DNA of 64,000 bases from Nanobdellota archaeon. Lineage in GTDB: Archaea; Nanobdellota; Nanobdellia; Parvarchaeales; Parvarchaeaceae. The translations under genes were made by a program, and so were the position numbers. The notes beneath the pieces are model-generated. The model did not search any database and was not told the origin of the DNA. It worked only from the letters and a program-made list of their open reading frames with translations. The stretch is from positions 43,563 to 107,562 of the forward strand of contig JAKAVT010000002.1 in the NCBI GenBank assembly GCA_021817165.1, read 5' to 3'. Below, one piece after another: positions 10,113 through 20,579 of the stretch (positions within the stretch are counted from its first letter, which is position 1; each line of letters begins with the position of its first letter).

Positions 10113-11864
10113 ATGGAAGGAAAAATAATAGGGATTTCTGGTTCCGTAGTAACTGTTTCTGGTCTTGAGGACCCGATGATGAACAACATAGTCTTTATAG
10201 GAGAGAAGGAACTAGTGGGCGAGATTGTAAAGATAGAGGGCAGAAACGCAATAATCCAGGTATATGAGGATACAAGCGGGCTTAAGGTAGGAGAAAAGGC
10301 AGTTGACAGCAAAGAACCCTTGTCTGTAGAGCTTGGCCCCGGATTAATAGGCTCCATATTTGACGGTATTCAAAGGCCATTGGACAAAATACTCAGCAAA
10401 GAAGGCACGTTCATAAGCAGTGGAATAAAAATTAATTCATTGGACCGCGAAAAGAAATGGCATTTCAAGCCGAAGGCGGAAGAAGGAAAGGCAGTAGAAC
10501 CAGGCGAAGAGATTGGGGAGGTAAAAGAGACCTCTTTGATAAAACACAAAGTCATTGTTCCAATAAACAAGAAAGGAATAATAAAGAAGATTGCAGAAGA
10601 AGGAGATTACACTGTAGAAGACACTATTGCAGTATTGGAGGACGATAAAAAAACTGAAGAAATAAAGCTTATGACAAAATGGCCGGTAAGAACTGCGAGG
10701 CCTGTAAAGGAAAAGCTTTCTCCAACCGTTCCTCTTTTAACAGGACAAAGAGCAATAGATACAATGTTCCCGGTTGCAATGGGAGGGACTGCGGCAGTAC
10801 CCGGTCCATTTGGGTCGGGAAAGACCGTAATTCAGCACCAGCTTGCAAAGTGGTCCGATGCCGACGTTATAGTATATGTGGGCTGCGGTGAAAGGGGAAA
10901 CGAGATGACGGAAATACTTACAACCTTCCCAGAATTAAAGGACCCAAAAAGCGGCAAGCCGTTGATGGACAGGACAATACTTATAGCAAACACTTCAAAT
11001 ATGCCGGTAGCTGCAAGAGAAGCAAGCATTTACACGGGGATAACGCTTGCAGAGTATTACAGAGACATGGGTTACAGCGTTGCGGTAATGGCAGACAGTA
11101 CTTCAAGATGGGCGGAAGCCTTGAGGGAACTGTCCGGAAGATTGGAGGAGATGCCTGGAGAAGAAGGCTATCCCGCATATCTCGGAAGAAGAGTCGGTGA
11201 ATTTTATGAAAGGGCCGGAAGAGCAAGGATACTAAGCGGAAAGATAGGCGCGGCAACCATAATAGGTGCGGTTTCTCCACCAGGCGGTGACATATCCGAA
11301 CCGGTCTCGCAGAATACTCTTAGGGTGACAAGGGTCTTTTGGGCATTGGATGCATCCCTTGCAAATGCAAGGCATTTTCCTTCCATAAACTGGCTTAACA
11401 GCTATTCATTGTATACGGATGAACTAGACCAATGGTACAGAAAGAACATTGCAGAAGATTGGCCGGAACTTAGGGACAAATCAATGGCTACTCTGCAGAA
11501 AGAAGCGGAGATAAATGAGATTGTACAACTTGTAGGGTATGATGCGCTTCCGGAATCAGACAAGCTTATACTTGACGTTGCCAGAATGCTGAGAGAGGAT
11601 TACCTTCAGCAGAATGCTTTCGATGAAATAGACACCTATGCATCGGTAAGCAAGCAATACAGGATGCTGAAGATAATAAACCAGGTATTTGATGCGGAGA
11701 AGGCTGCGCTTGAAAGGAACGTTCCGATAGAAAAGATACAGTCTGTACAGGTAAAACCTAAGATAGCAAGGTTGAGATACACAAAAGAAGAAGAGATTGA
11801 CGCTAAGATAAAAGAAATAGAAAAAGACATAGAAGAAATAAAAAAGACAAACGTGGAGAAATAA
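10113..11864 (+). CDS. atpA: A-type ATP synthase catalytic subunit A (no intein)
   Basis: [10 protein letters not shown]-loop. 583 aa. No intein insertion. Confidence 0.95.
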   Translation: MEGKIIGISGSVVTVSGLEDPMMNNIVFIGEKELVGEIVKIEGRNAIIQVYEDTSGLKVGEKAVDSKEPLSVELGPGLIGSIFDGIQRPLDKILSKEGTFISSGIKINSLDREKKWHFKPKAEEGKAVEPGEEIGEVKETSLIKHKVIVPINKKGIIKKIAEEGDYTVEDTIAVLEDDKKTEEIKLMTKWPVRTARPVKEKLSPTVPLLTGQRAIDTMFPVAMGGTAAVPGPFGSGKTVIQHQLAKWSDADVIVYVGCGERGNEMTEILTTFPELKDPKSGKPLMDRTILIANTSNMPVAAREASIYTGITLAEYYRDMGYSVAVMADSTSRWAEALRELSGRLEEMPGEEGYPAYLGRRVGEFYERAGRARILSGKIGAATIIGAVSPPGGDISEPVSQNTLRVTRVFWALDASLANARHFPSINWLNSYSLYTDELDQWYRKNIAEDWPELRDKSMATLQKEAEINEIVQLVGYDALPESDKLILDVARMLREDYLQQNAFDEIDTYASVSKQYRMLKIINQVFDAEKAALERNVPIEKIQSVQVKPKIARLRYTKEEEIDAKIKEIEKDIEEIKKTNVEK

Positions 11865-11865
11865 C

Positions 11866-13248
11866 ATGGAAGAAATAGAATACAGGACAATTGAAAGAGT
11901 AACGAACGTTTTGCTCTTTGTAAAGGACGTAAAGAACGCAGGCTACAATGAACAGGTTGAGATAGAGCTTGAAACCGGTAAAAAGGTAAGCGGGCAGGTT
12001 CTTGCGACGAATGAAGACGTAACTATAATACAGGTATTCGGTGAAACCACGGGAATGAACACGCAGACTACAAAAGTAAGGTTCAAAGGCACGACTTTCA
12101 AGATGCCAGTAAGTATGGATATGGTCGGTAGAGTATTTGATGGATTGGGAAGACCAAGAGACGGCGGCATACCTATTTTCAGCGACGAAAAAATGGACAT
12201 AAACGGAAGCCCGATAAATCCCTACGCGAGGGAAGAGCCTTCGGAATTCGTACAGACAGGAATATCCTCTATAGACTGCATGAATACGCTTGTAAGAGGG
12301 CAGAAACTGCCAATATTCTCTGGCTCAGGACTTGCGCACAACAAGCTTGCAGCTCAGATAGTGAAGCAGGCAAAGATACTTGCGGAAAAGCAGAATTTCT
12401 ATGTCGTTTTCGGAGGGATAGGGATAAACAGCGAGGATGCCAACTTTTTCGTAAATGAATTCCAGAACAGCGGTGCGCTTGAAAGATCGGTGATATTCCT
12501 TAATCTTGCTGCAGAGCCTTCTATGGAGAGAGTCATCCTTCCAAGGCTTGCATTGACGGCTGCAGAATATCTTGCATATGAAAAAAATGCACACGTAATG
12601 GTTATACTTACTGACATGACAAACTACGCAGAAGCGCTGCGTGAAATATCCGCAGCCAGGGACGAAGTACCTGGAAGAAGAGGCTATCCTGGCTACATGT
12701 ACACGGACCTTGCCGGGCTTTTTGAGAGAGCCGGAAAAGTAAAAGGCAAAGAAGGGTCAGTAACGCAGCTGCCAATACTTACAATGCCAAGCGACGACAT
12801 AACGCACCCGATACCGGATTTAACCGGCTATATTACCGAAGGACAGGTGGTACTAAGCAGGGCTCTTGATAAGAGCGGAATCTATCCCGGAGTGGATGTT
12901 CTTCTTTCATTGTCAAGGCTTATGAACCAGGGAATAGGAAAGGACTCTACAAGAGAGGACCACAGAAGCGTTTCGGACCAGCTTTATGCCGCATACGCAA
13001 AGGGAAAAGAACTGAGAAGCTTGACCGAAATAGTGGGAGAAGACGCATTAAGCAAAATCGACAAGCAGTATCTTCACTTTGCTGAAGAGTTCGAAACCCG
13101 GTTCATAAAACAGGGATTCAATGAAGACAGGAGCATAAATGAGACGCTGGATTTGGGCTGGGAACTTTTAAGCAGCATAGACAAAAGCGAGATGAAAAGA
13201 ATAAAACCAGAATTCATAGAAAAATACGGCAAATGGAAACAAATATAA
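11866..13248 (+). CDS. atpB: A-type ATP synthase subunit B
   Basis: 460 aa, homologous in length and position to the A/B family. Directly follows atpA. Confidence 0.95.
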   Translation: MEEIEYRTIERVTNVLLFVKDVKNAGYNEQVEIELETGKKVSGQVLATNEDVTIIQVFGETTGMNTQTTKVRFKGTTFKMPVSMDMVGRVFDGLGRPRDGGIPIFSDEKMDINGSPINPYAREEPSEFVQTGISSIDCMNTLVRGQKLPIFSGSGLAHNKLAAQIVKQAKILAEKQNFYVVFGGIGINSEDANFFVNEFQNSGALERSVIFLNLAAEPSMERVILPRLALTAAEYLAYEKNAHVMVILTDMTNYAEALREISAARDEVPGRRGYPGYMYTDLAGLFERAGKVKGKEGSVTQLPILTMPSDDITHPIPDLTGYITEGQVVLSRALDKSGIYPGVDVLLSLSRLMNQGIGKDSTREDHRSVSDQLYAAYAKGKELRSLTEIVGEDALSKIDKQYLHFAEEFETRFIKQGFNEDRSINETLDLGWELLSSIDKSEMKRIKPEFIEKYGKWKQI

Positions 13249-13847
13249 GGGTAACGAGAAGGGAACTGATAGAGACCAAGAGGAAAATAAAGACCGCAGG
13301 CAGAGGTTTGCAGCTGCTGAAGATGAAAAGATCCTCTCTTATACTTGAATTTTTTGAGCTTGCAAAAAAAGTGCAGAGCATGAAAACGGACCTTAAAAAA
13401 TTCATGGACAGGAGCAGGGAAAGCCTGGAGATAGCAGAGGCGCTGAGCGGCCGCATAACGATAGAAAGGGTAGCACAGGAACAGAGTGAGAAGCTTGCGA
13501 GCCTGAAAGCCAGGAACGTCATGGGATTGGTTATACCAAACATAAACGTAAATGAAACTCTTGATGTTCTAAGCAAAAGCGACAGTTTGACCATACCGAC
13601 TCCGGTTTACGACGCAAAGAACATGTATTCTTCTTTTCTTTCTATGCTTATAGAGATAGCTGAAAAAGAAACGGCGATGAGGAATTTACTAAACGAGATA
13701 TACAAACTTAACAGAAGGACAAATTCGATAGAGAACGTGATAATACCGAGATGGGAAGCGAAGATAAAATACATAAAACAAAGTTTGGACGACATGGAAA
13801 GAGACAGGCTGGTGTCCATCAAATTTATAAAAAGGCTGCATGGTTGA
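13233..13847 (+). CDS. atpD: A-type ATP synthase subunit D
   Basis: 204-aa coiled-coil central-stalk-like protein. Follows atpB. Confidence 0.8.
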   Translation: METNIRVTRRELIETKRKIKTAGRGLQLLKMKRSSLILEFFELAKKVQSMKTDLKKFMDRSRESLEIAEALSGRITIERVAQEQSEKLASLKARNVMGLVIPNINVNETLDVLSKSDSLTIPTPVYDAKNMYSSFLSMLIEIAEKETAMRNLLNEIYKLNRRTNSIENVIIPRWEAKIKYIKQSLDDMERDRLVSIKFIKRLHG

Positions 13848-14166
13848 AATGGAATCTCTTGAAATTCTGCAGAAGATACGGGACATAGAGGATTTATCGG
13901 CTAAGAAAATAGAACAGGCACAGGAAAAAGCAAAAAATCTAGTTGAAGAAACGGAAAAGAAAAACGAAGAAAAAACAAAAAAGGCCGAAAAGGAAGCACA
14001 TGACATGATAAATGCGGCGCTTGAAAACGTTGGGAAAGAAACGGCAAAAACCAGAGAAGACGCGTTAAAGGAGGCAGATAAGAAGGCTGCCATCATAAAG
14101 CCGCTTGACGAAAAGGAGATGCTGAAGATATTTGACGAAACTTTAAGGGAGGAATTCAAACTGTAA
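13840..14166 (+). CDS. atpH: A-type ATP synthase subunit H (G-like peripheral stalk)
   Basis: 108-aa E/K/A-rich coiled coil. Position is unusual: after D rather than at the operon start. Confidence 0.55.
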   Translation: MVEMESLEILQKIRDIEDLSAKKIEQAQEKAKNLVEETEKKNEEKTKKAEKEAHDMINAALENVGKETAKTREDALKEADKKAAIIKPLDEKEMLKIFDETLREEFKL

Positions 14167-16097
14167 TGTTTCTGCCAAGTAAAATAGAGAAGATAAGATT
14201 GATAATGCCGAAGATTTACTATGACAAGGCTGTTACTTTGCTTGGAGAACTGGGCTTTCTTCAGATAGAGGTGCTGGAAAGCGAAAGCAAAAAGATCCTA
14301 AACGACTTTAAGGAGATTGAATACGATAAGATAAACAAGTACAGCCAAAAAATAAGAAGTCTGGAAAGCAGCCTGGTAAAGCAGAAGACGGTCAATCTTA
14401 ACATAAACAACCTGAAGCAGGTATTCCATGAAGTAGACAAGATAAAGATATACGAGGAAGTAAACGACATTAAAAAAGAGGAGGAAAAGGCAAAAGCAAG
14501 CATAAAAGAAAGCGCTTCGCTAATGGAAATACTCAACCTGATGAAAGGGTTCAAACGTGACCTTAGGATATTGAACGGCATGAGGGTAGAATCGTTCATA
14601 ATGAAAAAAACGAAGGAAAAGGCCCAATTTGCGGGAATAGTCAAAAAAGAGATAGATTGCGAATTCAACGAACTTGAAAACTCGTACATATTCACGATAG
14701 AAAAATACAACAAGGAAAAGCTTGCCAACCTTGCAAACAAAGAAGCGGTGAACCTGATAAAGGTTCCTGAAATGAAGGGCAGAGTGGCAGAAACGATTGA
14801 ATTACAGCAGGCCAACATTAAAAAAGAGGAGGAAAAGCTCGCAAGCCTTAATAAAAGACTGGAAAAATTGTCCAAAAAGTACTATGGGCTTGTGTCTAAC
14901 CTTAAGGAATATCTTGACATAGAGATAAAAAAGGCCTCCATAATACCAAAAGTCGGTTCTACAGATTACATCACGGTAATTGAGGGCTGGATGGAAACAA
15001 AGAAGATACAGTCATTGGAAGAAAGCCTTGACAAGTTAACCGAAGGACAATTTGTGCTGGAAAAGATAAAAACGAATGAAGAACCGCCTACAAAGATGGA
15101 GAATCCCGTTTCTTTCAAGCTCTATGAGTTCTTCATAAAGTTCTACTCGATACCAAAGAGCAGCGAAATTGATCCTACCATCTTTTTTGGGATAGCCTTT
15201 CCGATATTCTTTGGATTGATGGTAGGGGATGCAGGTTATGGCGCAACTTTCCTTCTGCTTAGCTTTTGGCTTGTGCACAGAATAAAACACCCTCCTAAAA
15301 AAAGTCACATACCGAGAAAACTTGCAAAATTCGTAAAGACGATAATAAGCAAGAACAGCCTTGTAATGATAATGAAGGCTATAGTCCCAGGATCCGCGAT
15401 AGCAGTTGTCCTTGGGATAATATTCAACGAATACTTCGGATTTTCACTTCCGTATACGCCACTCTTTGACGTTACCAAAAGCGTTTCTACTTTGCTATTG
15501 ATTTCCGGGTGGATTGGGGTGGCAATGGTGTCATTTGGCTTCGTGCTTGGCGCGCTCAACGCGCTATACAATAAAAAAGTCAAGAAGGCCGTCGGAAGAA
15601 TAGGCTGGCTTTTAGTTGCATGGGGGATTGTAATAGTAGGTTTAGCAGTACTGCATAAAGAAAGCATAGGTTTATCTAACTTAGAGGCAATCGGCAGCTA
15701 TGTGGCAATAATAATAGGCATACTCTTAGTCCTTAAATCGGAAGGAACGCAGTCTTTGATGGAAATTCCGTCAGTTATAAGCCACATACTTTCATACACA
15801 AGGCTTGTCGGCATACTTCTTGCTTCTGTCATTCTTGCGCAGGTGATAAACCTCATTTTCGTTTCAAGTCTAAGCGGCTCTATACCATTCATCATAGGGG
15901 GGGTCGTAATCTTAGTATTCGGCCAGCTTTTCAACATAGTAATAGCATTGTTTGAAGGCGGGATACAGGGGGCAAGGCTTATCTACGTTGAGTTCTTTTC
16001 CAAGTTCTTTGAAGGAAATGGAAACATGTTCAAGCCGTTCAAGATAGAGAGACGGAATACGGCAAATGTCTATGTTAAAAACGTCAAGAGGAATTGA
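14166..16097 (+). CDS. atpI: A-type ATP synthase subunit I (a subunit, membrane)
   Basis: 643 aa. Hydrophilic N-terminal half plus a C-terminal multi-TM domain. Confidence 0.85.
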   Translation: MFLPSKIEKIRLIMPKIYYDKAVTLLGELGFLQIEVLESESKKILNDFKEIEYDKINKYSQKIRSLESSLVKQKTVNLNINNLKQVFHEVDKIKIYEEVNDIKKEEEKAKASIKESASLMEILNLMKGFKRDLRILNGMRVESFIMKKTKEKAQFAGIVKKEIDCEFNELENSYIFTIEKYNKEKLANLANKEAVNLIKVPEMKGRVAETIELQQANIKKEEEKLASLNKRLEKLSKKYYGLVSNLKEYLDIEIKKASIIPKVGSTDYITVIEGWMETKKIQSLEESLDKLTEGQFVLEKIKTNEEPPTKMENPVSFKLYEFFIKFYSIPKSSEIDPTIFFGIAFPIFFGLMVGDAGYGATFLLLSFWLVHRIKHPPKKSHIPRKLAKFVKTIISKNSLVMIMKAIVPGSAIAVVLGIIFNEYFGFSLPYTPLFDVTKSVSTLLLISGWIGVAMVSFGFVLGALNALYNKKVKKAVGRIGWLLVAWGIVIVGLAVLHKESIGLSNLEAIGSYVAIIIGILLVLKSEGTQSLMEIPSVISHILSYTRLVGILLASVILAQVINLIFVSSLSGSIPFIIGGVVILVFGQLFNIVIALFEGGIQGARLIYVEFFSKFFEGNGNMFKPFKIERRNTANVYVKNVKRN

Positions 16098-16135
16098 GCC
16101 TTTTTTTAATTTTATAATTAAGATTTTTATTTACT

Positions 16136-16155
16136 ATTAAAGGCAATGGCCTTTA
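16136..16155. terminator. hairpin TTAAAGGC-AATG-GCCTTTAA between the convergent atpI and tRNA-Gln; candidate bidirectional terminator
   Basis: 8-bp stem, 4-nt loop, T-rich flanks. An oligo-T tract also follows the atpI stop at 16109-16118. Confidence 0.3.
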
Positions 16156-16188
16156 ATTGACTTTTATACAATAACTCTGCAAAAATAT

Positions 16189-16261
16189 TAGCCCTGACCG
16201 GATTTGAACCGGTGTCTAGGGCTCCAAAGGCCCTCGTGCTTGGCCGCTACACTACAGGGCT
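16189..16261 (-). tRNA. tRNA-Gln (anticodon TTG)
   Basis: Reverse complement folds as acceptor AGCCCTG/CAGGGCT, anticodon stem AGGGC/GCCCT with loop CTTTGGA, and T-arm CCGGT-TCAAATC-CGG. No encoded CCA. Confidence 0.8.
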
Positions 16262-16324
16262 ATAACATAAGCTTATGAAAGCCTCAAATATAAAACTTAA
16301 ATATACTGAAACATAGAGATTTAA

Positions 16325-17362
16325 ATGTTGTTAGAAATATTGCTGTCTGCGATAATTGCGGCGATTGCCACATTTATAAGCGGTAAGTTCATAATTCCTT
16401 TACTTGTAAGAGCCGGGTTGGTAGCACAGGACATAAACAAGGAAAAACGGCCAATACTGCCCTCAAGCGGTGGTTTCCTTTTGATTATAGGGTTGTTCGC
16501 GGGGATAATGTCGCTTATAGCGGCATATAATTACGTAATAAAGGCGGATTTAAATCCAGAAGCACTTTTGCTTGGATTGTCGGCCATAATAATAATAGCA
16601 TTAATTGGATTTATAGATGACCTATCGGGCGGAAAAGTAAGGACTTCTACGGCTGACATAAAAAGAATGGCAAAAAACTATCTGATGTTCAATGGAGGGA
16701 TAAGGCAGTGGCAGAAGCCAATTCTTACCTTAATAGGCGCGGTTCCATTAATGGTCTTCTTCTTCGGAAGCACTGTTTACTTCCCTGGGATAGGAAACGT
16801 TGTCATTAATCCTACAATATATATAATCATTTTGATCCCGCTTGGGATTGTATTCGCATCCAATGCTTACAACATGCTGGAAGGCCTAAACGGGATAGCC
16901 ATTCAGATGGGCCTGGTTTTATTTGCAGCTTTTTCCATACTTGCTTTCCATCTTCAAAATTACAACGGGCTTGCGCTTTCTGCCATAATGTTCTCGGTAT
17001 TGCTAGGCTACCTATATTACGGCAAATACCCCGCAAAAATCATACCTGGAGACAGTTTAACGTATCTAATAGGGGGAGCAGTGGCAGTGGTTGCAATAGT
17101 GGGAAACATGCAGTTGTTTGCAGTATTTATCATGATACCCTGGATAATAGAATTTGTTTTAAAGGCCAGAAAAAGGTTTCACGCAAGTTCCTGGGGCATA
17201 ATACACAAAGATGGAACGCTTTCTTCTCCTTATGGAAACAAGATATACTCACTTACGCACGTATTTTTAAGGAGGGAAAAATACAAGGAATGGCAGATAG
17301 CGCTGATGCTAACGTTTATTGAGGTAGGAATATCTGCAGTAGGTTTAGCCATATTCTGGTAA
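16325..17362 (+). CDS. glycosyltransferase family 4 (MraY/WecA/AglH-like UDP-HexNAc:dolichyl-phosphate HexNAc-1-P transferase)
   Basis: Multi-TM 345-aa protein with the NAYNMLEGLNG motif characteristic of the polyprenyl-phosphate N-acetylhexosamine-1-P transferases. Confidence 0.75.
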   Translation: MLLEILLSAIIAAIATFISGKFIIPLLVRAGLVAQDINKEKRPILPSSGGFLLIIGLFAGIMSLIAAYNYVIKADLNPEALLLGLSAIIIIALIGFIDDLSGGKVRTSTADIKRMAKNYLMFNGGIRQWQKPILTLIGAVPLMVFFFGSTVYFPGIGNVVINPTIYIIILIPLGIVFASNAYNMLEGLNGIAIQMGLVLFAAFSILAFHLQNYNGLALSAIMFSVLLGYLYYGKYPAKIIPGDSLTYLIGGAVAVVAIVGNMQLFAVFIMIPWIIEFVLKARKRFHASSWGIIHKDGTLSSPYGNKIYSLTHVFLRREKYKEWQIALMLTFIEVGISAVGLAIFW

Positions 17363-17408
17363 GAAAAATACTGGAAAGAGTTAAATTTAAATAAAATCTA
17401 ATTAAAAT

Positions 17409-17879
17409 ATGGAAATAATACCGATGGGAAACACCGCTGTACAGTACGAAGGAGTGCTGGATGACCAGAAATTTTACAACTTTTTAAGAGACCTGTTGGT
17501 TTCCGCAGGATATTCTGTGAAAGAGACAAATTACATACAATTCTCGGGCGCAAACTACGTAATAAAGTGGACTGCCCTTAAGGTAATAGACGATTACATG
17601 GCCTACCGCATTACTGTAAACCTTGATTACAGAAACATACAGGAAACTATGGCAGTAAAGGAGGGAAAACAGGTAAAGGCGAAAACTGGCACCGTGCAGG
17701 TGCAGCTGGTTTCTGATATACTGGTGGATTACCTTAACAAATGGACGAAAGGCATTTCAAAACTGGTGAGGCCTATATACGACAAAATGAACGAAGAAGT
17801 GGTCAACCAGAGGAAAACCGCCTTTGAAAGCGACGTGGAAAGCATTAAAACGGCAATCCAATCCAACTTCAACCAGTGA
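17409..17879 (+). CDS. hypothetical protein, 4-nt overlap with the downstream NFACT gene
   Basis: 156-aa ORF. No recognisable motif. Confidence 0.45.
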   Translation: MEIIPMGNTAVQYEGVLDDQKFYNFLRDLLVSAGYSVKETNYIQFSGANYVIKWTALKVIDDYMAYRITVNLDYRNIQETMAVKEGKQVKAKTGTVQVQLVSDILVDYLNKWTKGISKLVRPIYDKMNEEVVNQRKTAFESDVESIKTAIQSNFNQ

Positions 17880-19645
17880 TCATGCAAAGTTTAACATCCC
17901 TAGACATATACAAATTACTCGATGAACTTGATTTTATAAACGGCGGGTTTATAAGGAACATAAAAAGCAGAAGAAACGAGTTTTATTTTCTCATTTACAA
18001 GGGGAAAGAGTACTGGCTCAAGATAGTTCCGGGGCATTATTTCTGCATAGCAGACGAAAAACCGGAAGACAGCATAGATTTCGGCTTTACAGTACTGGTA
18101 AAAAATGCGCTTAAAGGAAAAAGATTTTCGATTAGCATGCACAATTCAGACAGGATACTGGAAATAAAAACTGACAGCAATAAATTGGTAATAGAGATGT
18201 TTTCCAAGGGAAACGTTATACTTCTAAAGGATGAAAAGATAGAGAGGGCGCTTTTCCAGAGGAAATTTGAAAGCAGGGAGATATCCAGCGGCGGAGATTA
18301 CGCATATCCTCCAGGAAACAAGAAATCGTTCAATGACATGTACGGTGGTTTCTATTCCATGTTGAAATCGTCTGATAGGGAAAGCACCGTAAAAAGCCTT
18401 GCAATGGACTTTTCAATGGGTGGATACTATGCTGAAGAAGCATGTTTCCGTGCTGGAATCGACAAGTCCAAAAAGCCGCTAGAACTCAGCATTGGAGAAT
18501 CCAAAATGCTCAGGGAAAAATTCCTCGAGATACTGAAAGAAAAGAAGCCGAACGTGATCGATAAAAAGATATTTTCAGCAATCGAATTAAAGCACATGGC
18601 TGGGGAAAGAGAATACTTTGAAAATATGAACTCGGCAGTGGCAAGCTTCTTTGAGAAAGCCGAAGAACCGGAGAGGAAAAACCCGGTAAAACTGGAACTT
18701 AACAAGGCGCAGGACCGGCTGAAAGAATACGAAAATGACATAGAATTTATAAACGCGAATTACGAGCGGATAGAAAACGCGATAAAAATCATAAGATCGT
18801 CGGACAAAAGCATAAACGACAGGGAGAAAGAGCTGAATAACCTGGGATTCGTTATAAGCGGAAAAAACATAATCCCGAAGGAAAGGCAGCAGGTTAACAT
18901 AGACATGACGCAAAGCCTCAATTACAATCTGTCCCTTTTGTACCAAAAGGCGAAAAGACTTAAGAACATTGATGCCGAAGCAATAACCTCAAAAACCAGG
19001 ATGATAAAAAGAATAAAAACAAAGAACGAAAACCAGTGGTACTCCAAGTTCAGGCATTTCATCACATCGGAAGGCAAGCTGGTGGTAATAGGCAAAGACG
19101 TCAACCAAAACAATTCGTTGATAGAAAAACACCTAGAAAAAAATGATTTAGTTGGGCATGCTGACGTGTTTGGAAGCCCGTTTGGTGTCATAAAAGCCGG
19201 GGAAAATGGAGAAATAAGCAGAAAAGAAATGGAGGAAACTGCGGCAATGATAGCATCGTACTCTTCTGCATGGAGGGCCGGTGCAGCAAATCTCGACGTT
19301 TATTTTGTAAAGCCGGAGCAGGTAACAAAAACCCCCCCTTCAGGAGAGTCACTTAAAAAGGGAGCATTTTACATAGAAGGGAAAAGAGATTACGTCAAAA
19401 ACGTTCAACTGGGAATTTATATATCCATAGAAATAAAGGAAGAGATGGCAGACTTGAAAGCCACTCCGTATGAACCGGCATCGACGTTCTTCTTGATAAA
19501 ACCCGGAAGCAAAAAGAGGGATGAAGTGATAAGAAAAATAAACAGAGCTATTGCGCAAAAGTACTCCGTGCAGGTGAACGAGGATTATATAGATAAACTC
19601 CTGCCGCAGGGCAGATCTTCGGTAGAAAAAATAAAATTGCTTTGA
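17876..19645 (+). CDS. NFACT-family protein (archaeal Rqc2/NEMF/FbpA homologue)
   Basis: N-terminal NFACT-N-like region. C-terminal NFACT-R (DUF814) segment WYSKFRHFITSEGKLVVIGKDVNQNN...GHADVFGSP. 589 aa. Confidence 0.75.
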   Translation: MIMQSLTSLDIYKLLDELDFINGGFIRNIKSRRNEFYFLIYKGKEYWLKIVPGHYFCIADEKPEDSIDFGFTVLVKNALKGKRFSISMHNSDRILEIKTDSNKLVIEMFSKGNVILLKDEKIERALFQRKFESREISSGGDYAYPPGNKKSFNDMYGGFYSMLKSSDRESTVKSLAMDFSMGGYYAEEACFRAGIDKSKKPLELSIGESKMLREKFLEILKEKKPNVIDKKIFSAIELKHMAGEREYFENMNSAVASFFEKAEEPERKNPVKLELNKAQDRLKEYENDIEFINANYERIENAIKIIRSSDKSINDREKELNNLGFVISGKNIIPKERQQVNIDMTQSLNYNLSLLYQKAKRLKNIDAEAITSKTRMIKRIKTKNENQWYSKFRHFITSEGKLVVIGKDVNQNNSLIEKHLEKNDLVGHADVFGSPFGVIKAGENGEISRKEMEETAAMIASYSSAWRAGAANLDVYFVKPEQVTKTPPSGESLKKGAFYIEGKRDYVKNVQLGIYISIEIKEEMADLKATPYEPASTFFLIKPGSKKRDEVIRKINRAIAQKYSVQVNEDYIDKLLPQGRSSVEKIKLL

Positions 19646-19864
19646 TCACTTTGAGGAATGCTCTATTATGAATTCCTCTATTGCCTTGCTTTTCGCCAGC
19701 TTCGTAATGAAACCGGCTATCTTGTTTCTGTTCCTTTTCTGGGCAGTTACGACCTTGTTCAATGCTTCCTTGTTGTTCTCGAAATTGTCATTGAAAAGGC
19801 CTTTGTATCTCTTTAGAACTTCTATCGTTGCGTTCCTTATCTCTTTTCCTCTTATCCTTCCCAT
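19646..19864 (-). CDS. rps17e: ribosomal protein S17e
   Basis: MGRIRGKEIRNATIEVLKRY...NKIAGFITKL matches the S17e consensus MGRVRTK...NKIAGY. 72 aa. Confidence 0.8.
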   Translation of the reverse strand: MGRIRGKEIRNATIEVLKRYKGLFNDNFENNKEALNKVVTAQKRNRNKIAGFITKLAKSKAIEEFIIEHSSK

Positions 19865-19925
19865 CCGTTATTATAGCTGCAGGAGGTATTTAAATATTCT
19901 TGTTTTTGAGTTATTAGCTTAGACA

Positions 19926-20252
19926 TTAATCTGCAACCTGAAGATTGTTCAGATACTCGTCAACACTTATGTAGGTGGGCACTCTTCTGAGCCCTTTTAT
20001 CTTAATCTCCTTCCTAAGGAAATAATCCAGATACGAATCCCAAGGCATACAATTCCCTGCTACACATGTATAAAAATGTAATCTGATTCTTCCGTTGTCC
20101 TGCCTTTTTAGCTCTACAACATCTTTTTCTCTTTCATCGAAAAAGTCGTAAATATTATTTTTCGTTCTTTCAAACTCGCTGATAGGCATGGTATAATCCA
20201 CATCATCCAGCACGTGTTTATCCGGCAGAATAATCTTCGAAAGTTTATCCAT
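19926..20252 (-). CDS. hypothetical protein (CxxGNC pair)
   Basis: 108-aa ORF. No recognisable family. Confidence 0.4.
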   Translation of the reverse strand: MDKLSKIILPDKHVLDDVDYTMPISEFERTKNNIYDFFDEREKDVVELKRQDNGRIRLHFYTCVAGNCMPWDSYLDYFLRKEIKIKGLRRVPTYISVDEYLNNLQVAD

Positions 20253-20495
20253 ATTACTTGTTATTTTCTACCATTGGTTATATCGCTTAATAATGTATTT
20301 GTTCTCTTTGTATTTATATTTTCATTTTTTTTGAGTTCGCTTCCCTCTCATGATTAAAACAACGGCTTTTCTGACAACGCATAATAAAATTTAATGTAAG
20401 AATAAGTGTTGTCTTATTAAAGTAATTTGATTTACTAAAAAGAGATATACAACAAAGTTAAATATAAGACACTATTTAAAATTAATTGAAACATT

Positions 20496-20567
20496 GCCTA
20501 GGTGGCTCAGTGGCAAAGCGTCTCCTTGGTAAGGAGAAGATCGCGAGTCCGATTCTCGCCCTAGGCT
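20496..20567 (+). tRNA. tRNA-Thr (anticodon GGT)
   Basis: Acceptor GCCTAGG/CCTAGGC. Anticodon stem TCTCC/GGAGA with loop TTGGTAA. T-arm GCGAG-TCCGATT-CTCGC. The tracked ORF 20486-20704 is an artefact over this tRNA. Confidence 0.8.
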
Positions 20568-20579
20568 TGTCTTTTCATA

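Noticed and set aside
10457-10891. Arg-rich ORFs ([17 protein letters not shown]...) inside atpA
   Set aside because: Alternative frame of the atpA coding sequence. The atpA frame has unmistakable P-loop and F1/A1-type motifs.
16098-16324. Searched for an integrase/transposase or att-like direct repeats around the five tRNA genes
   Set aside because: No integrase, transposase or tRNA 3'-end duplication was visible near tRNA-Gln, Thr, Arg, Ala or Glu. Flanking genes are housekeeping or surface proteins.
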